Origin: Eubacteriales bacterium
Lineage (GTDB): Bacteria > Bacillota > Clostridia > Oscillospirales > CAG-272
Reading direction: 5' to 3'
Assembly: GCA_045633405.1 (NCBI GenBank)
Contig: JAZQYD010000090.1
Location: forward strand, 12,268 to 76,267
DNA length: 64,000 nucleotides
Shown here: positions 1-9,458 of the stretch, piece by piece
Numbering within the stretch: position 1 is the stretch's first letter
Layout of the letters: each line of letters opens with the position of its first letter
Program-made: the position numbers and the translations under genes
Notes under the pieces: model-generated
What the model was told of the DNA's origin: nothing
Database searches by the model: none
Seen by the model: the letters and a program-made list of their open reading frames with translations, nothing else

Positions 1-331
1 CTCTTACAATTCCCTCCTCATAGATCTCAAGAACGCCAAGGCTAACAAGCGGATCGCCGGCTCCTTTAGTCATGAAAACGTTAATAAGCGATGTGAAGAT
101 AAGAATGAATATAATCGGCTTTATACTCTTAAGAATGACCTTAAAGGATATTCCGCCAACAACTATAAGTGATAATGTAAAAACGAATATTAAAGCAAAT
201 GACAGAGGATTAGCTGCGACAAAGACCGCAACAATAAATAGAATAGCCAGTATGATCTTCGTACGCGGATCAAGCTTATGAAGAGGGGAGTTACCCGGGA
301 AGAACTGGCCTAGAGTGATATCCGAGATCAT
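1..331 (-). CDS. ecfT: ECF transporter transmembrane subunit EcfT, N-terminal fragment (gene runs off the window start)
   Basis: Hand translation of the minus strand from ATG at 331-329 gives MISDITLGQFFPGNSPLHKLDPRTKIILAILFIVAVFVAANPLSF..., the conserved EcfT N-terminus. ATGA start/stop overlap with ecfA2 and canonical ecfA1-ecfA2-ecfT order. The plus ORF 72-281 is its shadow. Confidence 0.85.
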   Translation of the reverse strand, partial: MISDITLGQFFPGNSPLHKLDPRTKIILAILFIVAVFVAANPLSFALIFVFTLSLIVVGGISFKVILKSIKPIIFILIFTSLINVFMTKGAGDPLVSLGVLEIYEEGIVR

Positions 332-1188
332 TCTTTATCCCTCCTCGAATATTCAATTATTGCTTTCTTCAAGCCTTCAATGGAATATAATTCTCCCTTG
401 AGATCGATACCTCTCTCGATGAGAATGTCAGCTATCCTTGAAACCATAGGAGAATCAAGACCGATCTTGCCGAGATCGGATGAGTGAGAGAAAACATCAT
501 GGCAGCTGCCCGATGCAAACACGCGGGCTCTGCTCATAACTACAACGTTATCGCAATATGCAGCCATATCCTCCATAGAATGGCTGACAAGTATAACCGT
601 AGTACCCTTTTCCTCCACCAATCTTCTAAGACCGCCGAGGATCTCACGCCTTCCACGCGGATCGAGTCCCGCTGCGGGCTCATCGAGGATAAGGACGTCG
701 GGATCCATCGCCAGAACGCCTGCTATTGCTACACGTCTCTTCTGACCGCCTGATAGCTCAAAGGGTGATTTATCAAGAAGATCGGCACTGACACCCGCAA
801 AATCAATAGCGTCAGCAACACGTCTTTCTATCTCTTCGCTGTCAAGCTTCAAATTACGGGGGGCGAAGCCAATATCGGATCTGACGGTATCATCGAACAG
901 CTGATACTCGGGATATTGCATAACGAGACCTATTTTATATCTGATTTTACTGATCTCTCGGGGCTTTTCCCATATATCTGCACCGTCAAATATAACGGTA
1001 CCTGACGAGGGCTTGTTCAAACCGTTAAGAAGGCTCACAAGGGTAGATTTACCTGATCCTGTATGACCGATAAGACCTGTTATTTTCCCTTTCTCGAAGC
1101 CTATCGAGACATCATCGAGAGCAACTCTTTCGAACGGAGTCCCCTTGCTGTATACGAAGGAGACATTCTTTAACTCTAAAATGTTCAT
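328..1188 (-). CDS. ecfA2: ECF transporter ATPase subunit EcfA2
   Basis: Walker A GHTGSGKST, ABC signature LSGGQKRRV, Walker B LILDEP. Start moved to ATG 1188 (MNILELKNVSF) because the longer ORF-track start overlaps ecfA1. Confidence 0.9.
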   Translation of the reverse strand: MNILELKNVSFVYSKGTPFERVALDDVSIGFEKGKITGLIGHTGSGKSTLVSLLNGLNKPSSGTVIFDGADIWEKPREISKIRYKIGLVMQYPEYQLFDDTVRSDIGFAPRNLKLDSEEIERRVADAIDFAGVSADLLDKSPFELSGGQKRRVAIAGVLAMDPDVLILDEPAAGLDPRGRREILGGLRRLVEEKGTTVILVSHSMEDMAAYCDNVVVMSRARVFASGSCHDVFSHSSDLGKIGLDSPMVSRIADILIERGIDLKGELYSIEGLKKAIIEYSRRDKE

Positions 1189-1208
1189 CACAAATAAAAA
1201 ATCCCAAA

Positions 1209-2087
1209 CTATTTCAAGTAATTTAAAATGATATCCGCACACTCATCGGGTGATAAAGCATCGGTTGAAATGTCAAGACCTTCCTTTTTAAGAAGATACA
1301 AAAGCTCAGTTCCCTGAGGTGCCTCAAGGCCGATACTGTGAAGTAATTCAAAATGAGAAAAGACTTCACGCGGAGTACCGTCGAGGATGATTTTACCGTC
1401 ATCTATGACAATGACTCTGTCAGCCTTCGTAGCCTCCTCCATATAGTGTGTTATGTTGATTATGGCAATGCCCTCATCCTTGTTAAGCTTGTCCATAATT
1501 CCGAGAACGTCATGACGTCCTACGGGATCAAGCATAGCGGTAGCCTCATCGAATATAATACACTCCGGACGCATTGCGACAACACCTGCTATCGCAACCC
1601 TCTGCTTCTGTCCGCCCGAAAGCTTGTGAGGTGCATGCTTGATGTATTCCGTCATTCCGACAAGCTTAATGGAATCATCTACTCTCCGTCTTATTTCTTC
1701 ACGGGGAAGCCCCAAATTTTCAGGTCCAAAGGCAACGTCCTCCTCGACAACGGTTGCAACGAGCTGATTATCGGGATTCTGGAAGACCATGCCTATCTTC
1801 TTCCTTACATCGTAAATATCGTCATCCGAAAGATCGGAGGAAGATACGTCCTTACCGTCAATATATATTTTACCTGACGAGGGGATCAAAATCAAATTCA
1901 AAAGCTTTGCCAGCGTAGACTTTCCCGAACCGTTATGACCGAGAATAGCGATATAATCACCCTTCTTTACCGAGATAGAAACATCCATAACAGCCGGCAA
2001 GGGATTCTTTAAGCTTACCTCATCCTCATCATCGTAGTATGTGAATGAGAGGTTTTCAGTTTTGATCAAGAATTCATTTTCACTCAT
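1209..2087 (-). CDS. ecfA1: ECF transporter ATPase subunit EcfA1
   Basis: Walker A GHNGSGKST, signature LSGGQKQRV, Walker B IIFDEATAMLD. First gene of the ecfA1-ecfA2-ecfT module. Confidence 0.9.
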   Translation of the reverse strand: MSENEFLIKTENLSFTYYDDEDEVSLKNPLPAVMDVSISVKKGDYIAILGHNGSGKSTLAKLLNLILIPSSGKIYIDGKDVSSSDLSDDDIYDVRKKIGMVFQNPDNQLVATVVEEDVAFGPENLGLPREEIRRRVDDSIKLVGMTEYIKHAPHKLSGGQKQRVAIAGVVAMRPECIIFDEATAMLDPVGRHDVLGIMDKLNKDEGIAIINITHYMEEATKADRVIVIDDGKIILDGTPREVFSHFELLHSIGLEAPQGTELLYLLKKEGLDISTDALSPDECADIILNYLK

Positions 2088-2091
2088 TTTA

Positions 2092-2964
2092 TCACCTGTT
2101 ATTACTGAAAGTAACTCTTACGGTAGAGCCGCACGGAAGTGCAGAACCCGAATCTACAACCGGCAAACCAAGCTCGTCTGCCTCGCTTTTTCCATTGTAT
2201 TTTGATAATAATCTGCAATCAGTAATATATTTCATAGTAGATGCAGAGAGTCCTGTCGTATAAGAATTAAGCAAGAAGAACGAGGGATCATCGGATAGAA
2301 CGCCTACCGTCAGCTTAACAAAATCGTCAATGCTCTCCTCGATCTTCCACACCTCTCCGGTAGGTCCTCTGCCGTATGATGGAGGATCCATAATGATACC
2401 GTCATACTTATTACCGCGTCTGATCTCACGCTCTATGAATTTCTTACAATCATCTACAATATATCTGATCGGAGCTTCGGAAAGACCTGACAAGCGTGCG
2501 TTTTCTTTAGCAGATGCAACCATACCCTTGGATGCATCGACGTGGCACACTGAAGCTCCTGCCTTGGCACAAGCCACGGTTGCTCCTCCGGTATATGCGA
2601 ATAAATTCAAAACCTTGATGGGGCGTCCTGCCTTCTCAATAAGATCACGGCAGAAGTCCCAGTTTGTCGCCTGCTCGGGGAAAAGACCCGTATGCTTAAA
2701 GCCCATGGGCTTTATTTGAAAAGTGAGATCACGGTAGCTTATATTCCACGACTCGGGAAGCTTATTATTATTCCAAGCTCCTCCGCCTGACCTGCTCCTT
2801 GTATAGCTGGCATCAGCATTCTTCCAAAGTCGGTTTTTCTTTTCGGTTTTCCAAATTACCTGAGGATCAGGACGGATAAGACTGTACTTTCCCCACATTT
2901 CAAGCTTCTCACCGCTCGACGTGTCAATTATCCTATAATCTGTCCATTTATCAGCTAACCACAT
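2092..2964 (-). CDS. Class I SAM-dependent methyltransferase (RlmI/RlmK-like catalytic domain)
   Basis: SAM-binding stretch LNLFAYTGGATVACAKAGA and catalytic DPPSYGRG motif in the 290-aa ORF. Confidence 0.7.
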   Translation of the reverse strand: MWLADKWTDYRIIDTSSGEKLEMWGKYSLIRPDPQVIWKTEKKNRLWKNADASYTRSRSGGGAWNNNKLPESWNISYRDLTFQIKPMGFKHTGLFPEQATNWDFCRDLIEKAGRPIKVLNLFAYTGGATVACAKAGASVCHVDASKGMVASAKENARLSGLSEAPIRYIVDDCKKFIEREIRRGNKYDGIIMDPPSYGRGPTGEVWKIEESIDDFVKLTVGVLSDDPSFFLLNSYTTGLSASTMKYITDCRLLSKYNGKSEADELGLPVVDSGSALPCGSTVRVTFSNNR

Positions 2965-2976
2965 TTTATTTCCTCT

Positions 2977-3477
2977 TTATCGTTTATTGAAATAATCGCT
3001 CATCGCCGATCCGGCTGTATGAGAATGACAAATAGCAATTGCAATAGCATCAGCAGTATCATCGGGCTTAGGGGGCTTAGGAAGGCTTAACAAGGAGGTT
3101 ACCATGGCAATAACCTGCCCCTTCTCTGCTTTTCCATAACCAACAACTGCCTGCTTAACCTGCAGAGGGGTATATTCGCTAATCTTGACTCCAAGTGAAT
3201 GTGCGGTACATAAAATAACACCGCGTGCCTCTGCAACAGCTATACCCGTTGTAATATTTGTATTGAAGAAAAGCTCCTCAATTGCCATCTCATCCGGACG
3301 GTATTTTTTTATTACTTCTTCAAGATCGTTTTTTATTATAAGCAGTCTTTTTTCTATTTCGGTATGTGCGGGGGTTGTGATAGCACCGTATGCAATAGGA
3401 CGAATCTTACCTCGCACACTCTCTATTACACCCCAACCTACGATAGCAAGACCGGGATCTATGCCAAGAATAATCAT
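2977..3477 (-). CDS. ruvC: Crossover junction endodeoxyribonuclease RuvC
   Basis: MIILGIDPGLAIVGWGVIE N-terminus, C-terminal DAIAIAICH motif, 166 aa. Confidence 0.9.
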   Translation of the reverse strand: MIILGIDPGLAIVGWGVIESVRGKIRPIAYGAITTPAHTEIEKRLLIIKNDLEEVIKKYRPDEMAIEELFFNTNITTGIAVAEARGVILCTAHSLGVKISEYTPLQVKQAVVGYGKAEKGQVIAMVTSLLSLPKPPKPDDTADAIAIAICHSHTAGSAMSDYFNKR

Positions 3478-3528
3478 ATATATCCTTTTAAAAATTTTAT
3501 TTAATTATATCACGCATATCTGCGTATG

Positions 3529-4503
3529 TCAATTTTTATTACGAGTGGATCCGGTGTAATTAAGCATAAATACTCCTGAAGCTACAAGAGCAAGAGCAAC
3601 GAGGAGATTTATGATCGAAATATCACTCTCGCCGGGAAGCATGAGCTTGGTAAGTATAACTCCGAAAACGGGTGTCATAAAGCTGAATATCGTTACCTTG
3701 GACACGGGGTTGAACTTGAGTAAAATACCCCAGAGTGCATACGCAATAGCGGAGAGAAAGGCAAGATATATTACAATAAGCAAGCCTCTGAAATCCGAGA
3801 GATCTATTACTCCGCCTAAGGCAACTCCCGTAATTATCATTACAGCACCGCCCATCATAAATTGATAGCCGCTTATAACAACAGGATCCTCACAGCTAGA
3901 GAACTTTTTCATAAGAACGAATGAAAAGCCTACGGAAATTGCGGAAAACAGTACGAATCCGTCGCCCATAAATGACATTGAGAAATCAAGACCGTTCAGG
4001 TTAACAGCTAAAATACCCGCAAAGCCTATGATGCATGCAACGATCTTCTTCGTAGTAAGCTTCTCCTGCCTGAAGATTAAGGCGGATGTAAGGATCGAGA
4101 AGAAGGATGCTGAGCCTGAGAGAACAGTTCCCTTCGCACCCGAGGTGTTTGCAAGTCCTACGTAGAAGAAGAAGTACTGTATAACGGTCTGCACAAGTGC
4201 GACAGCACCGATCTTACCGATATTCTCTACCTTAGGGTACAGAACCCTTCTTCTTGCAATGCTGTAAAGAACTATCGTGATAAATCCTGCCAATGCAAAT
4301 CTGATACCCGCAAATAAAATTGTCGACGGAATATCAGGCTTCGCATCAGGAAAATCTGCGTAAATAATTCTATATCCCATTTTTATAAACGGAGTAGCAC
4401 TGCCCCAAAGTGCACAGCAGAAGCACGCTGCGATAACGATGATCCAGGGCTTTGTAAATATTCCGTTTTTCTTTTCAATCTCTAAGCTCTTATCCATTGT
4501 CAA
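3529..4503 (-). CDS. DMT superfamily (EamA-like) permease
   Basis: About 10 predicted TM segments in two halves, typical EamA repeat architecture. 4-nt overlap with ispE stop. Confidence 0.7.
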   Translation of the reverse strand: MTMDKSLEIEKKNGIFTKPWIIVIAACFCCALWGSATPFIKMGYRIIYADFPDAKPDIPSTILFAGIRFALAGFITIVLYSIARRRVLYPKVENIGKIGAVALVQTVIQYFFFYVGLANTSGAKGTVLSGSASFFSILTSALIFRQEKLTTKKIVACIIGFAGILAVNLNGLDFSMSFMGDGFVLFSAISVGFSFVLMKKFSSCEDPVVISGYQFMMGGAVMIITGVALGGVIDLSDFRGLLIVIYLAFLSAIAYALWGILLKFNPVSKVTIFSFMTPVFGVILTKLMLPGESDISIINLLVALALVASGVFMLNYTGSTRNKN

Positions 4504-5375
4504 ACACTCCTTGCGTAAAAGGCCAAGACACCTTCATTTAATAATATTTTCTCAGCTTCTCTGGCTTTATCCTCGGATTCAAAAATGCCGTAAACGCTGG
4601 GTCCCGATCCACTCATCATGGACTGCAAAGCACCAAGCTCCATAATTCTCGTCCTGAGGGCCTCTGCTATGGGACAAAGCGGAAGCACTGCATCCTCGAA
4701 CATATTGTAGAGCCTAAGCTCACGTGGATCTTCGTTTTTCACACATTCGAGGACAGCTTTTTGCATTCTGTCCTGCTCATCCGTTAGAGAGAAGCTACCG
4801 TGAATCTCATCAAGCATGGCATAAGCACGGGGAGTTGAAATATGCTCGCCCGACGACGCAATTACAGTATGTAAGCATATTTCCGAGGGAATACGTGTAA
4901 TACGTTCTCCTCTTCCCTCGCAAAGTGCCGTACCGCCCAAGAGACAATACGGAACGTCGCTTCCCAGAGCCTCAGCCATGGTAAGCAGTGCTTTATCGGA
5001 AAAGGGACGCTTAAAAAGCCTATTCATTGCCCTGAGGGTAGCTGCGGCATCGGACGATCCTCCCGCCAGACCCGCAGAAACCGGTATCCTCTTATTGAGT
5101 TTTATGCTGATATCTGCATTAAGTGCACCGCGGCTCAGGAAAAGATCAGCTGCCGCAAAAGCGAGATTCTTACCGTCAGTCGGAAGCCTCTTATTGCCGT
5201 CAAGAAAAACACGTATATTCTTACGCCCCATACCGTTCAAGGTTACGGTAACTTCATCACAAAGGCTTACAGAATGCATTACCGTGCTTATATCATGAAA
5301 GCCGTCATCTCTTCTGCCTATGACGTTAATATATAAATTTATCTTAGCGTAGGCCTTTTCCTTTACAGCGTTCAT
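4500..5375 (-). CDS. ispE: 4-diphosphocytidyl-2-C-methyl-D-erythritol kinase
   Basis: GHMP kinase motif PVSAGLAGGSSDAAA, N-terminal AYAKINLYINV, 291 aa. Confidence 0.85.
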   Translation of the reverse strand: MNAVKEKAYAKINLYINVIGRRDDGFHDISTVMHSVSLCDEVTVTLNGMGRKNIRVFLDGNKRLPTDGKNLAFAAADLFLSRGALNADISIKLNKRIPVSAGLAGGSSDAAATLRAMNRLFKRPFSDKALLTMAEALGSDVPYCLLGGTALCEGRGERITRIPSEICLHTVIASSGEHISTPRAYAMLDEIHGSFSLTDEQDRMQKAVLECVKNEDPRELRLYNMFEDAVLPLCPIAEALRTRIMELGALQSMMSGSGPSVYGIFESEDKAREAEKILLNEGVLAFYARSV

Positions 5376-5472
5376 TTGCCCTCCGATGTTTTCTTATATA
5401 GGCGGAAAACTTAAGAAAGATTAACATAATTTCAGATCAAATTTCTTAGGCTCCGACCGGACATACCATTTT

Positions 5473-5501
5473 ATTATATCATATATAAAATTAAAATACA
5501 A
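5473..5501 (-). promoter_or_regulatory. Candidate sigma-A promoter for ispE and the DMT permease
   Basis: Minus strand reads TTGTAT, 17-nt spacer, TATAAT, about 100 nt upstream of the ispE ATG. Confidence 0.4.
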
Positions 5502-5539
5502 GTTTAAATAGAAATTTCACAAATTATTATAAAATAATC

Positions 5540-5568
5540 TTGACAACCGTAATTCGTTGTGTTATAAT
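5540..5568 (+). promoter_or_regulatory. Sigma-A promoter of rpsF-ssb-rpsR
   Basis: TTGACA (5540-5545), 17-nt spacer, TATAAT (5563-5568); both hexamers are consensus. Confidence 0.6.
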
Positions 5569-5603
5569 AACGTGGTAGTTTGGATAATTTTGTCCAGCCC
5601 CTT

Positions 5604-5620
5604 GCCACAGGATTTGTGGC
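5604..5620 (+). promoter_or_regulatory. Hairpin in the rpsF 5' leader (possible S6:S18 autoregulatory element)
   Basis: GCCAC(5604-5608)/GTGGC(5616-5620) stem between the promoter and the GGAGG RBS. The assignment to the known rpsF-leader class rests only on position. Confidence 0.25.
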
Positions 5621-5650
5621 CAAAAGACCAGAAGGAGGTAAAAAAATCAG

Positions 5651-6025
5651 ATGGAAAAGAAGATTTGTTCTTACGAAACTCTCTTTGTAATCAGCGGCAA
5701 CTACACCGAAGAGGATTACACCGCTCTCAAGGAGAAGTTTGTAAATCTCGTTAACGAGAACGCAAGCGAGCTTGCAGTTAACGAGTGGGGTAAGAGAAGA
5801 CTCGCATATCCTATCAACTATATCACTGAAGGATATTACGTTCTCCTCACCTTCAAGAGCGAACCCAGCTTCCCTCTTGAGCTTGAGCGTGTATTCGGAA
5901 TTACCGAAGGTATCATCCGTTACATGACTACTACCAAGCTTGAGAAGGTGCTCAAGTCCGAGCCTGTTATCGAGGTAGCAGTCGAGGAGACCGTCGAGGT
6001 TGCAGAAGAAGCAGCTGAGGCATAA
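5651..6025 (+). CDS. rpsF: 30S ribosomal protein S6
   Basis: YETLFVI...EWGKRRLAYPI...GYYVLL S6 signature, acidic C-terminal tail, rpsF-ssb-rpsR order. Confidence 0.85.
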   Translation: MEKKICSYETLFVISGNYTEEDYTALKEKFVNLVNENASELAVNEWGKRRLAYPINYITEGYYVLLTFKSEPSFPLELERVFGITEGIIRYMTTTKLEKVLKSEPVIEVAVEETVEVAEEAAEA

Positions 6026-6051
6026 TTTATTTTGAATTTGGAGGCGGAAAA

Positions 6052-6501
6052 ATGGCAAGTTTTAATAAGGTTATCCTGATAGGTAACATGACGGCTGATC
6101 CCGAGCTCAAGCAGACTACGGGCGGAATTTCCGTATGCTCTTTCTCTATTGCTATCAACCGTCGCTTTGCAAAAGGCGAACAGGGTCAGCAGAACGTTGA
6201 TTTCATCAATATCGTAACTTGGAGACAGAGTGCTGAATTTGTCAGCCGCTACTTTAAAAAAGGCAATCCCATTCTTGTATGCGGACAGCTTCAGACCAGA
6301 AACTGGACTGATAACCAGGGTGTTAAGCGTTACGTGACCGAGGTTGTGGCTGACGAGGTTTCCTTCGTTGCTCCTGCAGGTCAGAACGGTGCTCCCCAGG
6401 GTGGTTCTTATACCCCCGAGGCTTACGGCACCCCTGCTTTTAACAACGCACCCAGTGCAAGCTTTGAGGAGATTCCGAGTGACGAGAGCCTTCCCTTCTG
6501 A
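6052..6501 (+). CDS. ssb: Single-stranded DNA-binding protein
   Basis: OB-fold N-terminus MASFNKVILIGNMTADPELK, Gly/Pro/Gln-rich linker, acidic tip DESLPF. Confidence 0.9.
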   Translation: MASFNKVILIGNMTADPELKQTTGGISVCSFSIAINRRFAKGEQGQQNVDFINIVTWRQSAEFVSRYFKKGNPILVCGQLQTRNWTDNQGVKRYVTEVVADEVSFVAPAGQNGAPQGGSYTPEAYGTPAFNNAPSASFEEIPSDESLPF

Positions 6502-6587
6502 TAAGGAGCTCTCCCTTCGTTAAAAGACTCACTCTAACGAAGGCAAAATTGAATATGTGAGTCGGAAAGGTTAATGGACTATTCAAA

Positions 6588-6839
6588 ATGGATAGAAACG
6601 ATACTCAGCGCCCTGCTTTCCGTCCTATGCACAGAAGAAAGAAGGTTTGCATCTTCTGCCAGGACAAGGTAGACGGCATCGATTACAAGGACGTCGCTAA
6701 GCTTAGAAAGTTCATCTCCGAGAGAGCGAAGATCCTTCCCAGACGTGTTTCCGGCACTTGTGCTCTTCACCAGAGACAGCTTACTGTTGCAATTAAGAGA
6801 GCACGCCAGATGGCACTTCTCCCCTACGTTTCCAACTAA
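6588..6839 (+). CDS. rpsR: 30S ribosomal protein S18
   Basis: RRKKVCIFC...[30 protein letters not shown]18 signature. Confidence 0.9.
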   Translation: MDRNDTQRPAFRPMHRRKKVCIFCQDKVDGIDYKDVAKLRKFISERAKILPRRVSGTCALHQRQLTVAIKRARQMALLPYVSN

Positions 6840-6857
6840 AACGTATAAATAACAATA

Positions 6858-6891
6858 AGACACTCTGTAAAAACTACAGGGTGTCTTTTTC
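6858..6891 (+). terminator. Rho-independent terminator after rpsR
   Basis: AGACACTCTGTA / TACAGGGTGTCT stem (one G-U pair) followed by TTTTT. Confidence 0.7.
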
Positions 6892-6893
6892 GT

Positions 6894-7012
6894 TCAGTTG
6901 ATTCCATGCTCAACCACCCACTTTATCTCCCAATCACAGACCTCAGGATTTTCCTCGTCGTAATATCCCACATGTTGGATTTACCTGCAAATACAAAAAA
7001 CTCTCTTTTCAT
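6894..7012 (-). pseudogene. Possible frameshifted N-terminal remnant of a gene (unknown family)
   Basis: The minus strand reads MKREFFVFAGKSNMW from ATG 7012. After a +1 shift it continues GYYDEENPEVCDWEIKWVVEHGIN and stops at 6894-6896. It reads like protein but is truncated; no family assignment is possible by eye. Confidence 0.2.
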
Positions 7013-7303
7013 GACGTTCACCTTTAAAAAGCACGTTTATATTGCTGAAATACGCTATTGAACTTGTTTTTGCGAATTTTATAAGCTTATTTACGTGTAT
7101 CTATAAGTGTCCCTTTGGGTAATTATATTTACGGTACGATTTTAACAGGAGATGGTTTTATAATCAATATGCAAAGTAAAGCAAAATTTGTGTCAATTGA
7201 AGATGTATTCAAAATTTTGATTATTACAGAATAAAGATTATCCGGTGTAAATATGTAAAACACTTTACTATTCTAGAACAGAGCCGCAATACGTTATATG
7301 ACA

Positions 7304-7334
7304 AAAGGTGCTTCACCGTAAGGCAAAGCACCTG
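7304..7334 (-). terminator. Terminator after the Gfo/Idh/MocA gene
   Basis: AGGTGCTT / AAGCACCT stem; on the minus strand it is followed by a T-run. Confidence 0.55.
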
Positions 7335-7340
7335 ATTCTT

Positions 7341-8402
7341 TTAAACGTTAGGATATTTGATATCTACGGGCATACCTGTCTTTGCCGATTCAATAGCAGC
7401 ACAGCAAGCCGCAACGCTGCCTGCAGCGTCGCTGGGAGAAATAACAAGCTCTGTGCCATTCTCTATCGCATCGATAAGCTGCTTGATCTCATCTGCAACG
7501 TTATGATCCTTTACACCGATCGATAACTTGTGTCCGACGTTGTAATCCTTGTTTCCGCCGCCGAGACCGGAATGGAAAGGAAGCGGATTTTCGTTATCCT
7601 CACGGTAGATAGTAACCTCACCTATCGCAGCATTCGTTTCACAAATGATTGTTCCCTTCGTACCGTAGAAGCAAGAACGCATTGTGTAGACACGCTTACA
7701 ACCTATCGAAACAAACACCTTACCCATAACATCGTTCGGGAAGGTATAAAGTGCGACGTTAGCATCATCCTGAATGGGCCACTCTGTAAGGCACTTCTTA
7801 TTTCCAAGAGCATAAACCCTGGTAGGATCTCCTACTATCCAACGAAGCATATCTACCGCGTGGCATCCGCCTCCAATGAATCCGTGACGTCTGGGGTCTA
7901 CTCTCCAATTGTTGTATCCGCGTACGTGGCTGTAATCATGTGCATACTCACTCTCAACGTAGAAGAGATCTCCGATCATTCCATTGTCGATAAGCTGCTT
8001 TGCCTTTATAAATACGGGGTTGCAACGGCAAACCTGACCTACCATAAGAAGCTTATCACACTCCTTAGAAACCTGAATCATCTTCTCGCACTCTTCCATG
8101 GTAAGAGCCATAGGCTTCTCACAAAGAACGTGTTTACCTGCTCTCAAAAACGCCTCAGTCATCTCAAGGTGATAGTAATCGGGAGTAACAATAATTACAG
8201 CATCAATGTTAGAATCGTAAAGCAAATCGCGGTAATCGTTACAAGTACGCTCAACCTTAAACTCCTTAAGCCTTTCGTCAATTTGTGACTGCGAGATATC
8301 ACAGATGGCGTATAAATTGGCATCGTTATTGAGAACTCCGAGCATATGTAATCTAGCCATGCCTGAGCAACCGATAACAGCAAAATTCAATCTTTTTTTC
8401 AT
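7341..8402 (-). CDS. Gfo/Idh/MocA family NAD(P)-dependent oxidoreductase
   Basis: Rossmann N-terminus LNFAVIGCSGMARLH, conserved EKP motif (VLCEKPMA), 353 aa. Confidence 0.8.
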   Translation of the reverse strand: MKKRLNFAVIGCSGMARLHMLGVLNNDANLYAICDISQSQIDERLKEFKVERTCNDYRDLLYDSNIDAVIIVTPDYYHLEMTEAFLRAGKHVLCEKPMALTMEECEKMIQVSKECDKLLMVGQVCRCNPVFIKAKQLIDNGMIGDLFYVESEYAHDYSHVRGYNNWRVDPRRHGFIGGGCHAVDMLRWIVGDPTRVYALGNKKCLTEWPIQDDANVALYTFPNDVMGKVFVSIGCKRVYTMRSCFYGTKGTIICETNAAIGEVTIYREDNENPLPFHSGLGGGNKDYNVGHKLSIGVKDHNVADEIKQLIDAIENGTELVISPSDAAGSVAACCAAIESAKTGMPVDIKYPNV

Positions 8403-8525
8403 AATCGCTTTACAATCTCCTTCGAATTTGTTAAAATGGTTACATCATTATAATATCACACCGCCTGCGTTGTAACAAGGGTTATTTGTTTGTTAAAATC
8501 ACCATTTTGTTTGATTGGATATAAT

Positions 8526-9323
8526 ATGAAGAAAAATAATTTCAGTTCGGTTAACGACCAAAGTCTCGCAATAATAAATTGCGAAGAGAACCATATTGAA
8601 GCACATGATGCTCAATTCGGCCCGAATATATACAATTGCTACATAATTGAGTGTTGCACCAAAGGGGTATTAACTATTGTAATAAACGACAACGAATTCA
8701 CCGTAAAAGAGGGCGACTGCTACGTCCTGATACCGGGAGACAGAATAACGCACAAAACCACCAGCAAAAGTCCCCGGAGCGAATTAACCTGCTTCATTCG
8801 CAGTTTGGAAATGAAAAACGTTTTAAAGCAAGCAGGAATTACAGCAGAAAATCCATTTGCCAGACCGTCAGCATACAAAGAGGTTTGCGAATCAATAAAG
8901 CGTATCATAAATTTAGAAAAAAGCCAAAGCGTAAAATCCGATTATCTTCGCACATCAGAGATATATAAAATAATGGCGGCTCTCATAAATGATAAAACCA
9001 AAGTTGAAACGACAAGTATCATTAAAAAAGCCACGGACATTATAGAAAATGAATATATGAAGGATATGTCCGTTGATAACATCGCAAATAGAGTAGGCCT
9101 CGAAAGATGCTATTTTTCAGTATTGTTCAAGAGGCATACAGGACAAACACCGCATGCTTACCTTAATTCCGTACGTGTCAGCAAAGCCTGTATGCTTATG
9201 GCCTTAACCGAGCTTTCAATTGCTGAAATAGCTATACAGGTAGGGCTTGAGCCAAGCGGTTTTGCACGTATGTTTAAGCGTGAAATAGGTGTGACTCCGG
9301 GTAAATACAGAAGCAAATCTTAA
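8526..9323 (+). CDS. AraC family transcriptional regulator
   Basis: Cupin-like N-terminal half and a C-terminal double HTH (YFSVLFKRHTGQTPHAYL, FARMFKREIGVTPGKYR). Start set at ATG 8526 (MKKNNFSS) rather than the TTG at 8490. Confidence 0.8.
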   Translation: MKKNNFSSVNDQSLAIINCEENHIEAHDAQFGPNIYNCYIIECCTKGVLTIVINDNEFTVKEGDCYVLIPGDRITHKTTSKSPRSELTCFIRSLEMKNVLKQAGITAENPFARPSAYKEVCESIKRIINLEKSQSVKSDYLRTSEIYKIMAALINDKTKVETTSIIKKATDIIENEYMKDMSVDNIANRVGLERCYFSVLFKRHTGQTPHAYLNSVRVSKACMLMALTELSIAEIAIQVGLEPSGFARMFKREIGVTPGKYRSKS

Positions 9324-9399
9324 TTTAAAGCTATGAAGATCCCCCGCTATCTACATTGTAAATACTTTTTTACAAGGGATGTATTTAAGCCGACATCTA

Positions 9400-9428
9400 T
9401 TGACACGAATATACCTTTATGATATTAT
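9400..9428 (+). promoter_or_regulatory. Candidate sigma-A promoter for DUF4838-like paralog A
   Basis: TTGACA, 17-nt spacer, TATTAT, 30 nt upstream of ATG 9459. Confidence 0.5.
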
Positions 9429-9458
9429 TAAAGTATTAAACGCATTTTAGGAGGCACT

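Noticed and set aside
72-281. 69-aa plus-strand ORF at the window start.
   Set aside because: It lies antisense to the clearly recognisable ecfT coding sequence (1-331, minus strand).
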